From the IMG/VR virus record IMGVR_UViG_3300037246_001176, positions 35,924 to 99,923 of that record: DNA of 64,000 nt; one strand, given 5' to 3'. Below are positions 33,178 to 42,781 of this stretch, in pieces. Positions within the stretch are counted from its first letter, which is position 1, and every line of letters starts with the position of its first letter. Origin of the DNA: a virus. The position numbers were made by a program, and so were the translations under genes. A model generated the notes under the pieces. It worked only from the letters and a program-made list of their open reading frames with translations. It was not told where the DNA came from and made no database searches.

Positions 33178-35460
33178 GCCCCAGCTTCTGGCTCCAGCCC
33201 TGGCTGCTCAACCTCTCCAACGAGACCGTGTTTTCTCAACATGGCTGTAAACAGCTCTAATCCCGCCTGACTATCAATGTGATAGAAAGGAATTGAGTTT
33301 GGGCGCTCAGGCCAATCATGTTGAATATGATAACCGCCAAGCCAATCTTCTGGCGGCGGACGACCGCAATGCCCGACAACGCGCACATCCTTTTTGCCAA
33401 TCTCGTTTGCATAAAGTTCTTGAGCGACGGCGAGCGGAACATCACCCCTGACGACCCAATAATACCAAGCCCTGCGAAACGTGTACTTGCCAAGCTTGCC
33501 CGTCAGGGTATAAGGAACCTCGGAGCAATGCGCTTCCGTAATATGCTCAACGGCAATTCCCGCCCCCGCCAGTTCCGAATTGATGAATTTGTCGCAGTTG
33601 ACGCATCCTGCCAAGTTGATCATGTCATCTCCTTTTTCTAGCTTCTCTGCCCAGTTGTCAAGCCCCAGTTTTAGCCCCTGCATCAGAGGCAACAGGCTGC
33701 GGCTCGAACTAATGGCCTGATAGTTGCAACTTGCAACTCAAATACGGTATGGGAATCCTCCTCTAGATGGTGCCTGGAATCCTCATCGATCACCCAGGCA
33801 TTTGTATCTGGATGATGCCTTACAATCATCAAATATAGATCTTCACGGCTTTCAATCCCGTTGAGAAATCGACAAACCGATTCCCCAACTTCTTGAGAAG
33901 TATGTTCAGTAAACATGAGTACCGTCTCTGCCTTTTCGTTCCCTATGCCAACGACTCGTGTTCTGTCAAACATGATGTAAAACATTTTCCTTTTCCCTTC
34001 TATCACTATGGTTTTCATTCGTCAAGCCCCAGTTCTCGCCCCTCACAGCCCCTCTATCTCCATATCGGTATCCTCACCGCAAACGAACGGCCTAGGAACC
34101 GCAACAGTCGGATGCCGAGATAGACAGTGTTTTTGTGAAAGTGCTCGTGCCTCAAGATTCTAAATTCTAACTTAGTTTTCATTCCAAGCTCCAACGTTCC
34201 CATCGCCAGCGGGAAACGCGCTGCCAACCGTGCTGCGCCAGAAATGCCGCGAGCGTGATCGGGACGCTCTAAAAAGCACCGCAATATCCATAACCCAAGC
34301 CATCCCAGCGTGTCCTGCAATTCAGTCATCAAGCCCCAGTTTCATCCCTGACACGGGCAGCCCAGGCTTCCGTCCGCCCGAATCGTCTCGGTTTCGGGCC
34401 ACGGCTCGCCGCAGTCAGGGCAACTGGCTTCGGGCTCTGGCCGTCCCAAGAACCGCAAGGCTTCGCGCCTGGCATCCTTCACCTGTTCCTGCGCGTCGCC
34501 CGAAAGCTCGTTCCAGCAGTATTCCCATGTCGGATCGTCGTCACGGATGCTGTCGGGCAGCACGGCCAGCAGCATCTCGACGGTTCTCTGGAATCCGGAA
34601 ACGGCGGCGCGCGCGCACCGCTCGATCTCCGCCTCAATCTCCGCCGCGTTGGACGCGTCTTCAAGCGAGAGACCTGTGTATTCCAGCAGGTCTATCACGT
34701 TTCCGCAGACGCACTCGTATGTGACGAAACCGCAGGTGGGCGCGTAGTAGCAATCGTCATCCTGCACCCCGCAGCGGGGACATATCACGCTTATGATGTA
34801 CCGTGTACCCATCATTTTTCCTTTCCGGCATCAAGCCTCAGTTCCAGCCTCGCCCAGTCGCCGCCGCTACTCATCCTCCTCACGGCGTAGAAGACGGGCA
34901 CGTAGCCCGCCTCCAGCGCGTCCCGGAGGTCGGCGGCGCTGTCCTCGTCCAGATCGATCTCGCAACTGAAAGTCGTCCCAGCGTGAAAGTCGCCGGCAGA
35001 GAGTTGGGCTCCAGCCCCGGTGAAATAGACGCGGTTGCCCTCGCTGTCCCGCCAGTCGCTGAAGACTAAATTGATCTTCATGCCCACCCTTCTCTCGCAA
35101 TGATGACTACTACCAGCCAGTCCCTGCCTCTCCCGCTCCAGCTTCGTCCCCGTCGCCGTCACGCAGGATTGGTTATTACCAACTGGTCTCCGTCTGTAAA
35201 GAATTTCATCGCTTGCTCCTCGCCTTCTTCGCCTGCTTGTGCATCTGCTTATGCTTCCGCTCAAAACCGCGCACCTCAACAGCCGTCCAGCCCTGCGCCA
35301 GCGCCGCCCGCTTGAACCAGCCACGGCTGACGGTTCCCGTTCGGTACGCGATCTCCAGGTCGCGCCTGCTCATGTCCGCTCTTTCCCGCATCGTCGTCCT
35401 CCGCCTGTCGCTAAGTGCCTGCCACAGTGACAGCTGAATTAGCCTCGCTTGCGTCACAGT

Positions 35461-36186
35461 TCAATCCAGCACTTCGCTCTGCCTGAACTCTACGTTGTCC
35501 AAATAGAAATCCCCTTGCCAAGCGAAGGCGCTGACCATCTTGAACTGGAGGACGACAGTCTCGCCCCACCAACTCTCTGTGTCAATGCACACCTCATGCC
35601 AGTCGCTCAAGGAAGAATCGCTGTTTGAACGGATCACATCCCAAGACGCCAGCACGGCGTCATCGAAAAGCAGCTCAACCGCATCGCCCCCCTCGTCCTG
35701 CAAGTCTTCCGAATAGACAAGGTATTCAAAGCAGAAAACTGCGCGGGACGGAACCGTCACCGTTTGCTCAATGACGGTTACGCACTCCCAGGGAGGCGGG
35801 TCAAGACGGCCCCTGTCGCCTAGCCATCCCAACCACCTGCCGTACCCCTCAATGCGCTCGATCCCCACGAACTGCAAGTAGGCTATGATCAGCTCGCGAC
35901 CCATGAGAGGGATCGAGGCGTGTTCTGTCCACGAGCCGTCGCTGCCGTTCTCAAAATCTCCGTTGAGCAACTCATACGTCGGTTGGAGGGTAGGATGTGG
36001 CGTAAAAGTCGGCATGGGCAAAGCGGTCGGCCTGGCTATCGGCGTGGCCGTAGGCATGACCGTTGACTGTTTGGAGACGAGGGACAGAAAGATGGCAAAT
36101 GTAGGCGTGACCTCTTGGGCCGACGAACTCGGTATGCAACCGACCAACAGGGTCGTTGCCAGCATAAGTAGTATCGCGCGTTTCAT
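35461..36186 (-). CDS. Lipoprotein with PT-rich linker and carbohydrate-binding-like beta domain
   Basis: Lipobox LVGC, PTATP repeats, LLNGDFENG...W, FYLDNV. Confidence 0.7.
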   Translation of the reverse strand: MKRAILLMLATTLLVGCIPSSSAQEVTPTFAIFLSLVSKQSTVMPTATPIARPTALPMPTFTPHPTLQPTYELLNGDFENGSDGSWTEHASIPLMGRELIIAYLQFVGIERIEGYGRWLGWLGDRGRLDPPPWECVTVIEQTVTVPSRAVFCFEYLVYSEDLQDEGGDAVELLFDDAVLASWDVIRSNSDSSLSDWHEVCIDTESWWGETVVLQFKMVSAFAWQGDFYLDNVEFRQSEVLD

Positions 36187-36198
36187 GTTCGTTCCTCT

Positions 36199-36717
36199 CT
36201 ATTCGTTAGTAACCGCCACCAGCCAGTCGCCGTACCCCGCGCACAGCGGCCTGACCTGGCTCTCCCAGTCAAGCTCGCCAGCCCCGCAGCCGGGGCGCGG
36301 CAGGTAGACTTGCGTCCATCGTTCCCACATCTGCAACTCGGCCAGCTCTTTTAACGACTGCTCTATGAGCGGCAGGGATGCTTTCATCGCCCATCCTGGC
36401 ACGGTGCTGCCCCTGATGTACCTGTTGCGCTGGCTCTTGACGACGTTCTGTCCATCACTGATGTCAGACACAGGCTTGACGGGAAAGGCTATCAAGCCCG
36501 GCCTGAGCAGTCGCACCTTGTTGCCGTCGTCCAGCATGGTGCGACCCAACTCCTTGGCGAGTCTCGGAAAGCGGACGCTGGCCTGCGCCGCCGTGCCACG
36601 ACCCATGACCGCCCTGCCGTCACTTCTGACGAAGCCGTTGGTAGTGATGCAGACAGCATAGTCGCTTGGTTTCTGGAAATCGTAGATTCGCCAGATATCT
36701 ATTATTCGTTCGATCAC
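36199..36717 (-). CDS. Macrodomain (ADP-ribose binding/hydrolase, TARG1/DarG-like)
   Basis: TTNG...VMGRGTA, FPVK, LPRPGCGAGELDW. Confidence 0.85.
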   Translation of the reverse strand: MIERIIDIWRIYDFQKPSDYAVCITTNGFVRSDGRAVMGRGTAAQASVRFPRLAKELGRTMLDDGNKVRLLRPGLIAFPVKPVSDISDGQNVVKSQRNRYIRGSTVPGWAMKASLPLIEQSLKELAELQMWERWTQVYLPRPGCGAGELDWESQVRPLCAGYGDWLVAVTNE

Positions 36718-37218
36718 CCCGCCTCCTTTTCGCACTCGCCGCAGTGGCAAGTGCCCTTGACGCTTCTGACGATGCTGGCCAGCGGGTGGCCGCAGATGGG
36801 GTTGAGCCCAAGAGCCGCCATCCCCGCCTCACGATCCAAACCATCAACGGGCGCTAACACCCATGCGATAGCCCATGTTTGAGGTTCCACTTGCCTGGCT
36901 CGCTTCTCCATCTCCCGCCATGCTGCTATTGCACTTGCTAATTTCTCTGCGGATAAGAACCCAAATAATTCTTGCATCGTCACTCCTCCCATTCCGTTAT
37001 CCCCGTTTGCCGACATCAGGCGTTGAAAAGCTCTTTCATCGCCCGGTCGAACGCCGTGCCCGACGCCTGCGCCCTGCAAGCCCCGCAAAGCACCGGCGGC
37101 GGCCACTTCTCAGTCTCGTGCCAGAATGTCCTGTCGCAATGCTGGCAGGCCACCGGCACGGAGGTTTTCTTGTCCCTGAAAGTTTCTTCGTCTGGCATGG
37201 TTGTCTCCTGTTTGTTTG

Positions 37219-37370
37219 CCCGCATCCCCGCCTGGCGGTGAATTAGTCTTCGTCGTCTTGCTGGTCGTTCCCTTTGATACACCTTTTGTTGGTTGCCTCT
37301 GACGTTGCAGCACCTGCTCTCAGGATGTTCCGCCACAAGCCTAGACTGGACTCGCTGACGGGGATGCGGG
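37219..37370 (-). ncRNA. Novel structured RNA, copy B
   Basis: Closing stem CCCGCATCCCCGTC/GGCGGGGATGCGGG; homologous to 21853-21973. Confidence 0.7.
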
Positions 37371-38615
37371 GTTGCTACCGTTGCATCAGATCTCGAATCG
37401 CGTGACGACCTCTTTGGCCTTTGGCGTGACGATCTCGCCCTTGATGATGAGAGCGAACGGGCCATCCCAATACTGTACGTCTATGGTATCGGGTAGAGCC
37501 GCCAATACGTCTGCTGCCATGAGTTCAATGTCTCCGTGTTCGTCTGGATTCAGTCGTTTTAGCAAGCCGTCCCTGGTTTCACTGGTGATGCGGATGTCTC
37601 CATCCCCATCGGCGCTGATGATAAAATACGTCACTTCTTCCACTATCCACCTCTGTTTCTTTCTCCGTCTCGCTGGCAGGGATGCGGGATTGCTACCCGA
37701 ACTTCCCATGCAGGTCTTGGAAGACCGAAGGCGCTTCTCCGTGCCCCAGCCTCTCCATCTCGCGCGTGGCGTGAATGTGCTGCACCGTCCCAGGGCCGTA
37801 CCAGGCCAGAAGCTCGCGCGCCTGCGCCAGCCGCCGCTTGGTGCTGGCAATTCGTTTCGGCGGCGTTGGCTTTCGCTGTCTGCTCATGACCCTATCCGCC
37901 AACTGCCGAGAAACGCTTTTCTGGACGGCAACGCAGCATCAACGTGCCGATGCCAGCGTCCGACAAGCTGGTGATGATGGTGTAGCCGTGTCCGTCCGTT
38001 ACCACAAAATCCTCGGCCCACGACGGCCAGGCGATAGCCTCGCTTTCCTCCGCACGGTCGCGGGCCTTGTCCCTGCCAGTCCGATAGCAGAAGTTGTCTT
38101 TCCTGCTGCACAGAGCAACGCCCGTGTTGATCACCTGACCACCGTCGTCAAGGATGAGACAGACAGTCATGCCGCCTCTCGGCATAGGCTCCCACGGGGT
38201 TAACCGCTTGCCGTTCTCATCCTTGCCAGACCGGTAATGCGCCAAGATGGTGTCAGCAGATGGTCGGTAACGCTTGTTGCTGTACACCCTGTAATGCCTG
38301 AATGTCGTCCTCATTTGTTCTCCTTTCGTTCGTATGTGCCAAGTGGCATAGTTCGTTCTGGATTCCAGAACTAGGTTTCGTCCCCGACGATCTTGGTGAT
38401 CTCTACTATTACTCCGTCGCCAATCTCAAATATCACAACCTGCCTCTCCGCCGTCACCAGGCTCAGCTCGTCGCCGCGCCAGTAGCAGCTGGCGGCGTAG
38501 TGGGTCGTGCCGTCTATGGTGACGATGTAGTTGGCCCAGGGCGGCGGCGCGGACAGGGCGCAGGCCAAGAGGAGCAGGGAGATGCAGACTATGACAAGCA
38601 GGGTTGTCTTAGCGT

Positions 38616-39896
38616 TCATGCCGCTTCCTCCCTGTCTATCACCGATTCGTCTTCCTTCAAATACCCTTCCAAGAGGCCAAATGTGAATGATTTGGCTTTG
38701 AGTATGCCAAACCATTTTTCGTGTTCGATCCGTATCGCGATGCCCTCACGGATATGATCTCCGAACAGCGACGGCCCCTCGGCCAAAAGCCCGGCCAGAG
38801 ACATCAGTCCTTCCCTGTCGCTCTCTTCATTGACGAAAGATGGCGGCTCGACTTCACGGACGTACTTTACGCCAAGTTCGCTGGCCCGCCTCTTGACAGC
38901 CCACCAAGGAAGTTCTGTTGTTACGCCGTCCTCGTTGTTCATCGTGATTCTGTAAATGTAGAACGCCTGTGTCCCGGTAGGACAGCCATATGTGTAGAAC
39001 ATCTTGTCGCCGTATCTCTCCCGTACAGACTTGTTGCGAAGCCGCGTCGTATCGTGAGCAGGCATGATAGGCGTCTCTGCCCCAGCCCAGCCCACGATCT
39101 CGCCATAAACAACTTCGCCTTTGTGAAGATTGCCCATCAGCCGCCGAGTAGCGTTGACGCGAAATGCTTCATCTCCATACCAAGAATCTCCCGTCCATTT
39201 TTCAAGTATCACTCTGCGCGTTCCCGATAAGTAGCGATAGCCGCGTTCAAGCAGCGGCTTTCTCATCAGGAATTTGTACAGACGGCCAACTAAGCCCCGG
39301 CGCTCGCTTTCATCATAGACGTGGCCGATACGGTGCGATGTGCCGTGCATCTTCTCGGTGACGGTCATCAGACTGCCGAGTGGGATGCGATCCGCCCAGG
39401 CGCGGAACTGCTTGACGTCGAACATCATAGGGAACGTCTTGGTCTCGCGGCGATGCCGGATCCGCCTGTTCCCGGCGGCGCAGGCGGTCGCCTGCGTGAT
39501 GTACTTGTTGCAGATCGGCACGCCGTTGAGCGCGTTGAACTCATCGCCCAGCTTGAGCTTCGCGAGATTCGTGCCCGTAAACTCAAAATAATCCAGCGGA
39601 CACCAGAAGCCATAAGACTTCTCGCCGCGAAAGTTCTGTGCCCGCACGCGCCTGTTCTTGGCGAAGAAGCCGCCTTCGCGTTCTCCCGTCTCGGGATTCT
39701 TTCTCTGGACAAGATCATGTTCGGCGGCAAATGCTTCTGACAGTTGGCCGTCGCTCGGAAAGAAGACACCAACCTCGTCGTCCTCCGTGTCAAGCCCTAC
39801 GACAACCTGATATCCGAGCACCAGTCCCAGCTGGATGCGGTCTGCGTTCGGGTGCGGCCTCGTTTGTATCTTTGTTACCGTAGCTTTGTAGGACAT
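38616..39896 (-). CDS. RNA ligase, DRB0094-like family
   Basis: N-terminal HPNADR OB-like domain; motifs TEKMHG, GEIVG, REGIAIR, LKAKS; start reassigned to MSYKA after AGGAG. Confidence 0.88.
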   Translation of the reverse strand: MSYKATVTKIQTRPHPNADRIQLGLVLGYQVVVGLDTEDDEVGVFFPSDGQLSEAFAAEHDLVQRKNPETGEREGGFFAKNRRVRAQNFRGEKSYGFWCPLDYFEFTGTNLAKLKLGDEFNALNGVPICNKYITQATACAAGNRRIRHRRETKTFPMMFDVKQFRAWADRIPLGSLMTVTEKMHGTSHRIGHVYDESERRGLVGRLYKFLMRKPLLERGYRYLSGTRRVILEKWTGDSWYGDEAFRVNATRRLMGNLHKGEVVYGEIVGWAGAETPIMPAHDTTRLRNKSVRERYGDKMFYTYGCPTGTQAFYIYRITMNNEDGVTTELPWWAVKRRASELGVKYVREVEPPSFVNEESDREGLMSLAGLLAEGPSLFGDHIREGIAIRIEHEKWFGILKAKSFTFGLLEGYLKEDESVIDREEAA

Positions 39897-39922
39897 CCCT
39901 CGTTCTCCTGTTCTCCTGAAAA

Positions 39923-40022
39923 GGCTGCGGGCAGGTCTCGCACCTGCCTGTCCCCGTCGGGCGCTCCCCTTCCGTGTGGGAGCCGTGAGTGCATCAGTAG
40001 TTGTGCCCACGCCGCCACAGCC
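39923..40022 (-). ncRNA. tRNA-like RNA
   Basis: 8-bp acceptor-like stem GGCTGTGG/CCGCAGCC adjacent to T-arm-like GCAGG-TGCGAGA-CCTGC. Confidence 0.55.
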
Positions 40023-40028
40023 TTTTTC

Positions 40029-40149
40029 TAGAATAACACAGGGGCGGAAGTGACTTCGGTACGTTTAAACCCCCTGATCGCACCGCCTCTTTAGGCTCAT
40101 ATAGCCCTTCACGTGACCGCAGGGCTTCAGCCAAGGCTGTGTTATTCTA
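40029..40149 (-). ncRNA. Structured RNA with a 13-bp perfect closing stem
   Basis: tagaataacacag / ctgtgttattcta; internal AGCCCT/AGGGCT. Confidence 0.55.
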
Positions 40150-40151
40150 TT

Positions 40152-40279
40152 TCGCGGTCGGTGGTGGACGTCGCCAGCCCTTACCCACACATCCCGTTAC
40201 CGGTTGCCCGATGGCTCCGTACTCATGCGTCCATTCCAGGCAACTTACCACGTCAATTCGTGGTCTGGCCTGACCGCGA
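40152..40279 (-). ncRNA. Multibranch structured RNA
   Basis: TCGCGGTC/GACCGCGA, GCCAG/CTGGC, ACCACG/CGTGGT, GTTGCC/GGCAAC. Confidence 0.55.
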
Positions 40280-40294
40280 TTCAGCGTCAGAAAC

Positions 40295-41134
40295 TCAAGC
40301 CGCCTGCACCAGCTCAACTTTGGTGAGGTCTCGCCACTTCGGATTCTTCGGGCTGGGAATCCAACTCACCTTCATTGGCATGTGGTATTCCTGCCCCACA
40401 CTTTCAATATCAAAGTGTCCAGCCACATATCCGGCGCTTGCCAATGCGGGGGCAACTTCTAGCAGCTTTGCTCCGCCTCTCTGCCAGCGCACCTCCGGAA
40501 AGTCACGTCCCTTACGTCGAAACTCAACCACGGCCTTACCGTCAGGCGCAGTGATGCGAATGAAATCAATAGGTTCCACCGTCACCTTGTTGACGTTCAC
40601 CGCTGGCACGGCAGCCTGCCCCGGCGCTGGCGGCGTGGTTCCCGGCGCTGCTGGCGGGGGCGGCGCGGCCTGGGCCGGTGCGGGGGGAGGGGAGGCAGAC
40701 AGCGCGGGAGGTTGCTTTGTTTCCTGCGGCTTGTCGTCCTTGCGGCGGGCGTACCGCGCTATCGTCTCGCGGGTATCGCGGCCCAAGACCGGGCCAGCGC
40801 CCAGTTCTTTGAGCCACTTGCTCACATGGCCCATCTCCAAGAGCAGCGCTTTCGTGCCCTCGGCGGTCGCCCCCTCGCGCATGGTGAAATTGATTTCTAC
40901 GCCGCCCAAGAGGAAGGTGGTAAATGCGATGCAAGTCGCCTCACGATGTCCTGGCTCTATCAGTTCTCGCAAGATCTCCCCCGCGCTTTTGTCTTTCTCT
41001 GGCACTTGTTTCTGTTCCTGTCCCCCGCTTGCTTTTGCTTCCTCGCTCACTGTCTGTTCTCCTTTCACTAGTCGTTCTATGGATTGACGTTGACGTACCA
41101 GTCCCGCCAGACTTTCACGGTTTCTGGCGGCCAC
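40295..41134 (-). CDS. Hypothetical two-domain protein with Pro/Ala linker (start uncertain)
   Basis: PPPAPAQAAPPPPAAP linker. Confidence 0.6.
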   Translation of the reverse strand: MAARNRESLAGLVRQRQSIERLVKGEQTVSEEAKASGGQEQKQVPEKDKSAGEILRELIEPGHREATCIAFTTFLLGGVEINFTMREGATAEGTKALLLEMGHVSKWLKELGAGPVLGRDTRETIARYARRKDDKPQETKQPPALSASPPPAPAQAAPPPPAAPGTTPPAPGQAAVPAVNVNKVTVEPIDFIRITAPDGKAVVEFRRKGRDFPEVRWQRGGAKLLEVAPALASAGYVAGHFDIESVGQEYHMPMKVSWIPSPKNPKWRDLTKVELVQAA

Positions 41135-41835
41135 AGCAGCCGCACCTTGTTGCTGACACCGAGGTCAACTAGCATCTTCTGCTCGTGCGCTATGACCGAC
41201 TGGCGCGAAAGACCCACACGCCCCGCTATCGCGGCGTGGGTCAAGCCTTTGAATCCGCTGGCGGGAAAGCGCAGGGCGAATATCACTTCGTCTTTCCGCG
41301 ACCACGGGAGAGAGTTTCGCCCCTGGTCGTCTAGATTCTTATAGGCATTGCGCGGCGACAGCCTCGTCGGCAGCGGCAGGTCGCCCGCTCCTTCTCGGAA
41401 GCTCTTGAGCGCATCGCCGCCGTGCCGCACCGCCGGAAGCAGCCGCGTTATCACCGAGCAGTGCGCGGTGCTCCGAAAGCCCAGGAAGCAGGCAAATTCG
41501 TCCGTGGTCAATGGTTCTGTTGGTAGCGGTTCCGTCATGATGTCGGTCAAATATGCCCGACATGGAGCTAGTACCGCTTTCAGAATACCATACCCTATGT
41601 TACGTTTGTGCTGAACACGGCCAGCCTGCGTTCCACCAAGCTGTGCTATCATTTCCTTGCGCGAAAGACCAGCAACAATGCTCTGGCACGTTACCACATC
41701 GTCAATACTGTAGCCAAGCGTGAGTAATGCTGTCATCTTTGCCTGGATGCATTCCGTGAAAGCGGCAGTACGCTCTGGATCGAGCCGCCACTGCTTTCCA
41801 AAAATTGAGTTCATCTGTCGCCGTCCGATATTCAT
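41077..41835 (-). CDS. Putative HTH / sigma region-4-like regulator
   Basis: LTHAAIAGRVGLSRQSV; own promoter TTGACA-17-TATAAT at 41901-41873. Confidence 0.55.
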   Translation of the reverse strand: MNIGRRQMNSIFGKQWRLDPERTAAFTECIQAKMTALLTLGYSIDDVVTCQSIVAGLSRKEMIAQLGGTQAGRVQHKRNIGYGILKAVLAPCRAYLTDIMTEPLPTEPLTTDEFACFLGFRSTAHCSVITRLLPAVRHGGDALKSFREGAGDLPLPTRLSPRNAYKNLDDQGRNSLPWSRKDEVIFALRFPASGFKGLTHAAIAGRVGLSRQSVIAHEQKMLVDLGVSNKVRLLWPPETVKVWRDWYVNVNP

Positions 41836-41906
41836 TGTGTACCTTCCTACGCGCCTGATTCTGTTTGACTATATTATAGCAGGTGTTTAGTTATTTGTCA
41901 AATTGG

Positions 41907-42428
41907 CTATTGTATCTGTTTCACCCTCGCATATGGAGATGCTGGAGACCTGAGCACCACGCCTGGGACATCGCCCTCGCCTTTGATCCATCCCTGCAAG
42001 TCGGAAGTCGGCCTGACGGTGAGCTTGACCAGACCCAGCCTTTCTTTCAGAGACAAGAAGGATACGAGCGCCGCTGGATCAAGGACTTCCAGCTTCTCCT
42101 TTTTGGGAACGGTGATGCTAACCTTCCAGCCGTTGACTGTTACAGATTGCTTTCCGCCAAATTCCTCGGCGTCATCTTGCCACGCAGCGAGAGCCAGGAA
42201 TTCGGCTTCCCTGCCCATCTCAGCCAAGCGACGGTGCAAGTCTTCCGTCGCCTTTTCCCATTCTTGGCAAAGCCTGGTCTTTTTCCCATCAATTTTAGCC
42301 AGCTGCTGACGAAGAGGTGCTTCTTCATCCTCAAAATCCTTCAGGAGCGCGTCAAGAGCATCGTTGCTGGGTTTCAGTTCCTCTTGGATTGATTCTATAT
42401 CTTGTAACTTGGCGATCAATGCTTGCAT
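41907..42428 (-). CDS. Coiled-coil Gam/Gp157-like protein
   Basis: Coiled coil followed by a beta segment and VPGV C-terminus. Confidence 0.45.
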   Translation of the reverse strand: MQALIAKLQDIESIQEELKPSNDALDALLKDFEDEEAPLRQQLAKIDGKKTRLCQEWEKATEDLHRRLAEMGREAEFLALAAWQDDAEEFGGKQSVTVNGWKVSITVPKKEKLEVLDPAALVSFLSLKERLGLVKLTVRPTSDLQGWIKGEGDVPGVVLRSPASPYARVKQIQ

Positions 42429-42447
42429 TTCAGACTCCCTTTCTAAC

Positions 42448-42557
42448 TTGACAATTATTTTGGTTTGTGGTACAATGACTACACTGTCCTTGAGCGGTTC
42501 TCCCGCTCATCTGTTCTCCTGAAGAAGCTCAGCATTACGCGCCGCTGAGCTTCTTTA
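42448..42557 (+). ncRNA. Small RNA (about 75 nt) with its own promoter and terminator
   Basis: TTGACA-17-TACAAT (42448-42476), hairpin TGAGCGG/CCGCTCA, terminator AAGAAGCTCAGC/GCTGAGCTTCTT plus T-tract. Confidence 0.65.
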
Positions 42558-42781
42558 TTTCTGGACTCCAGAACCGTCAACGGTCTAAAGACGGCTCTGG
42601 CAAGTCAAGCCTGGACGCATAGGCACGCAACCGCACCGCCAGCCGAGTGCGCCAGTGCCGCTGCCACCGAACATGGATTCGCTCCCGTTCCTGGCGTTCT
42701 GCTTCCCTCATCGCCCGCATGCAAACTCGCATCCCCCTGAACACAGGCTCCCAAGCCATGTGTTCCCGCGCTTCCTCAAAA

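Noticed and set aside
39897-40010. N-terminal extension of the RNA ligase given in the ORF track
   Set aside because: A strong AGGAG precedes ATG 39896, and the extension overlaps the tRNA-like fold
40029-40149. Twister or hammerhead ribozyme (TAACACAGCC resembles the twister 5' strand)
   Set aside because: The remaining core motifs and pseudoknots could not be placed, and the segment is sequestered in the closing stem
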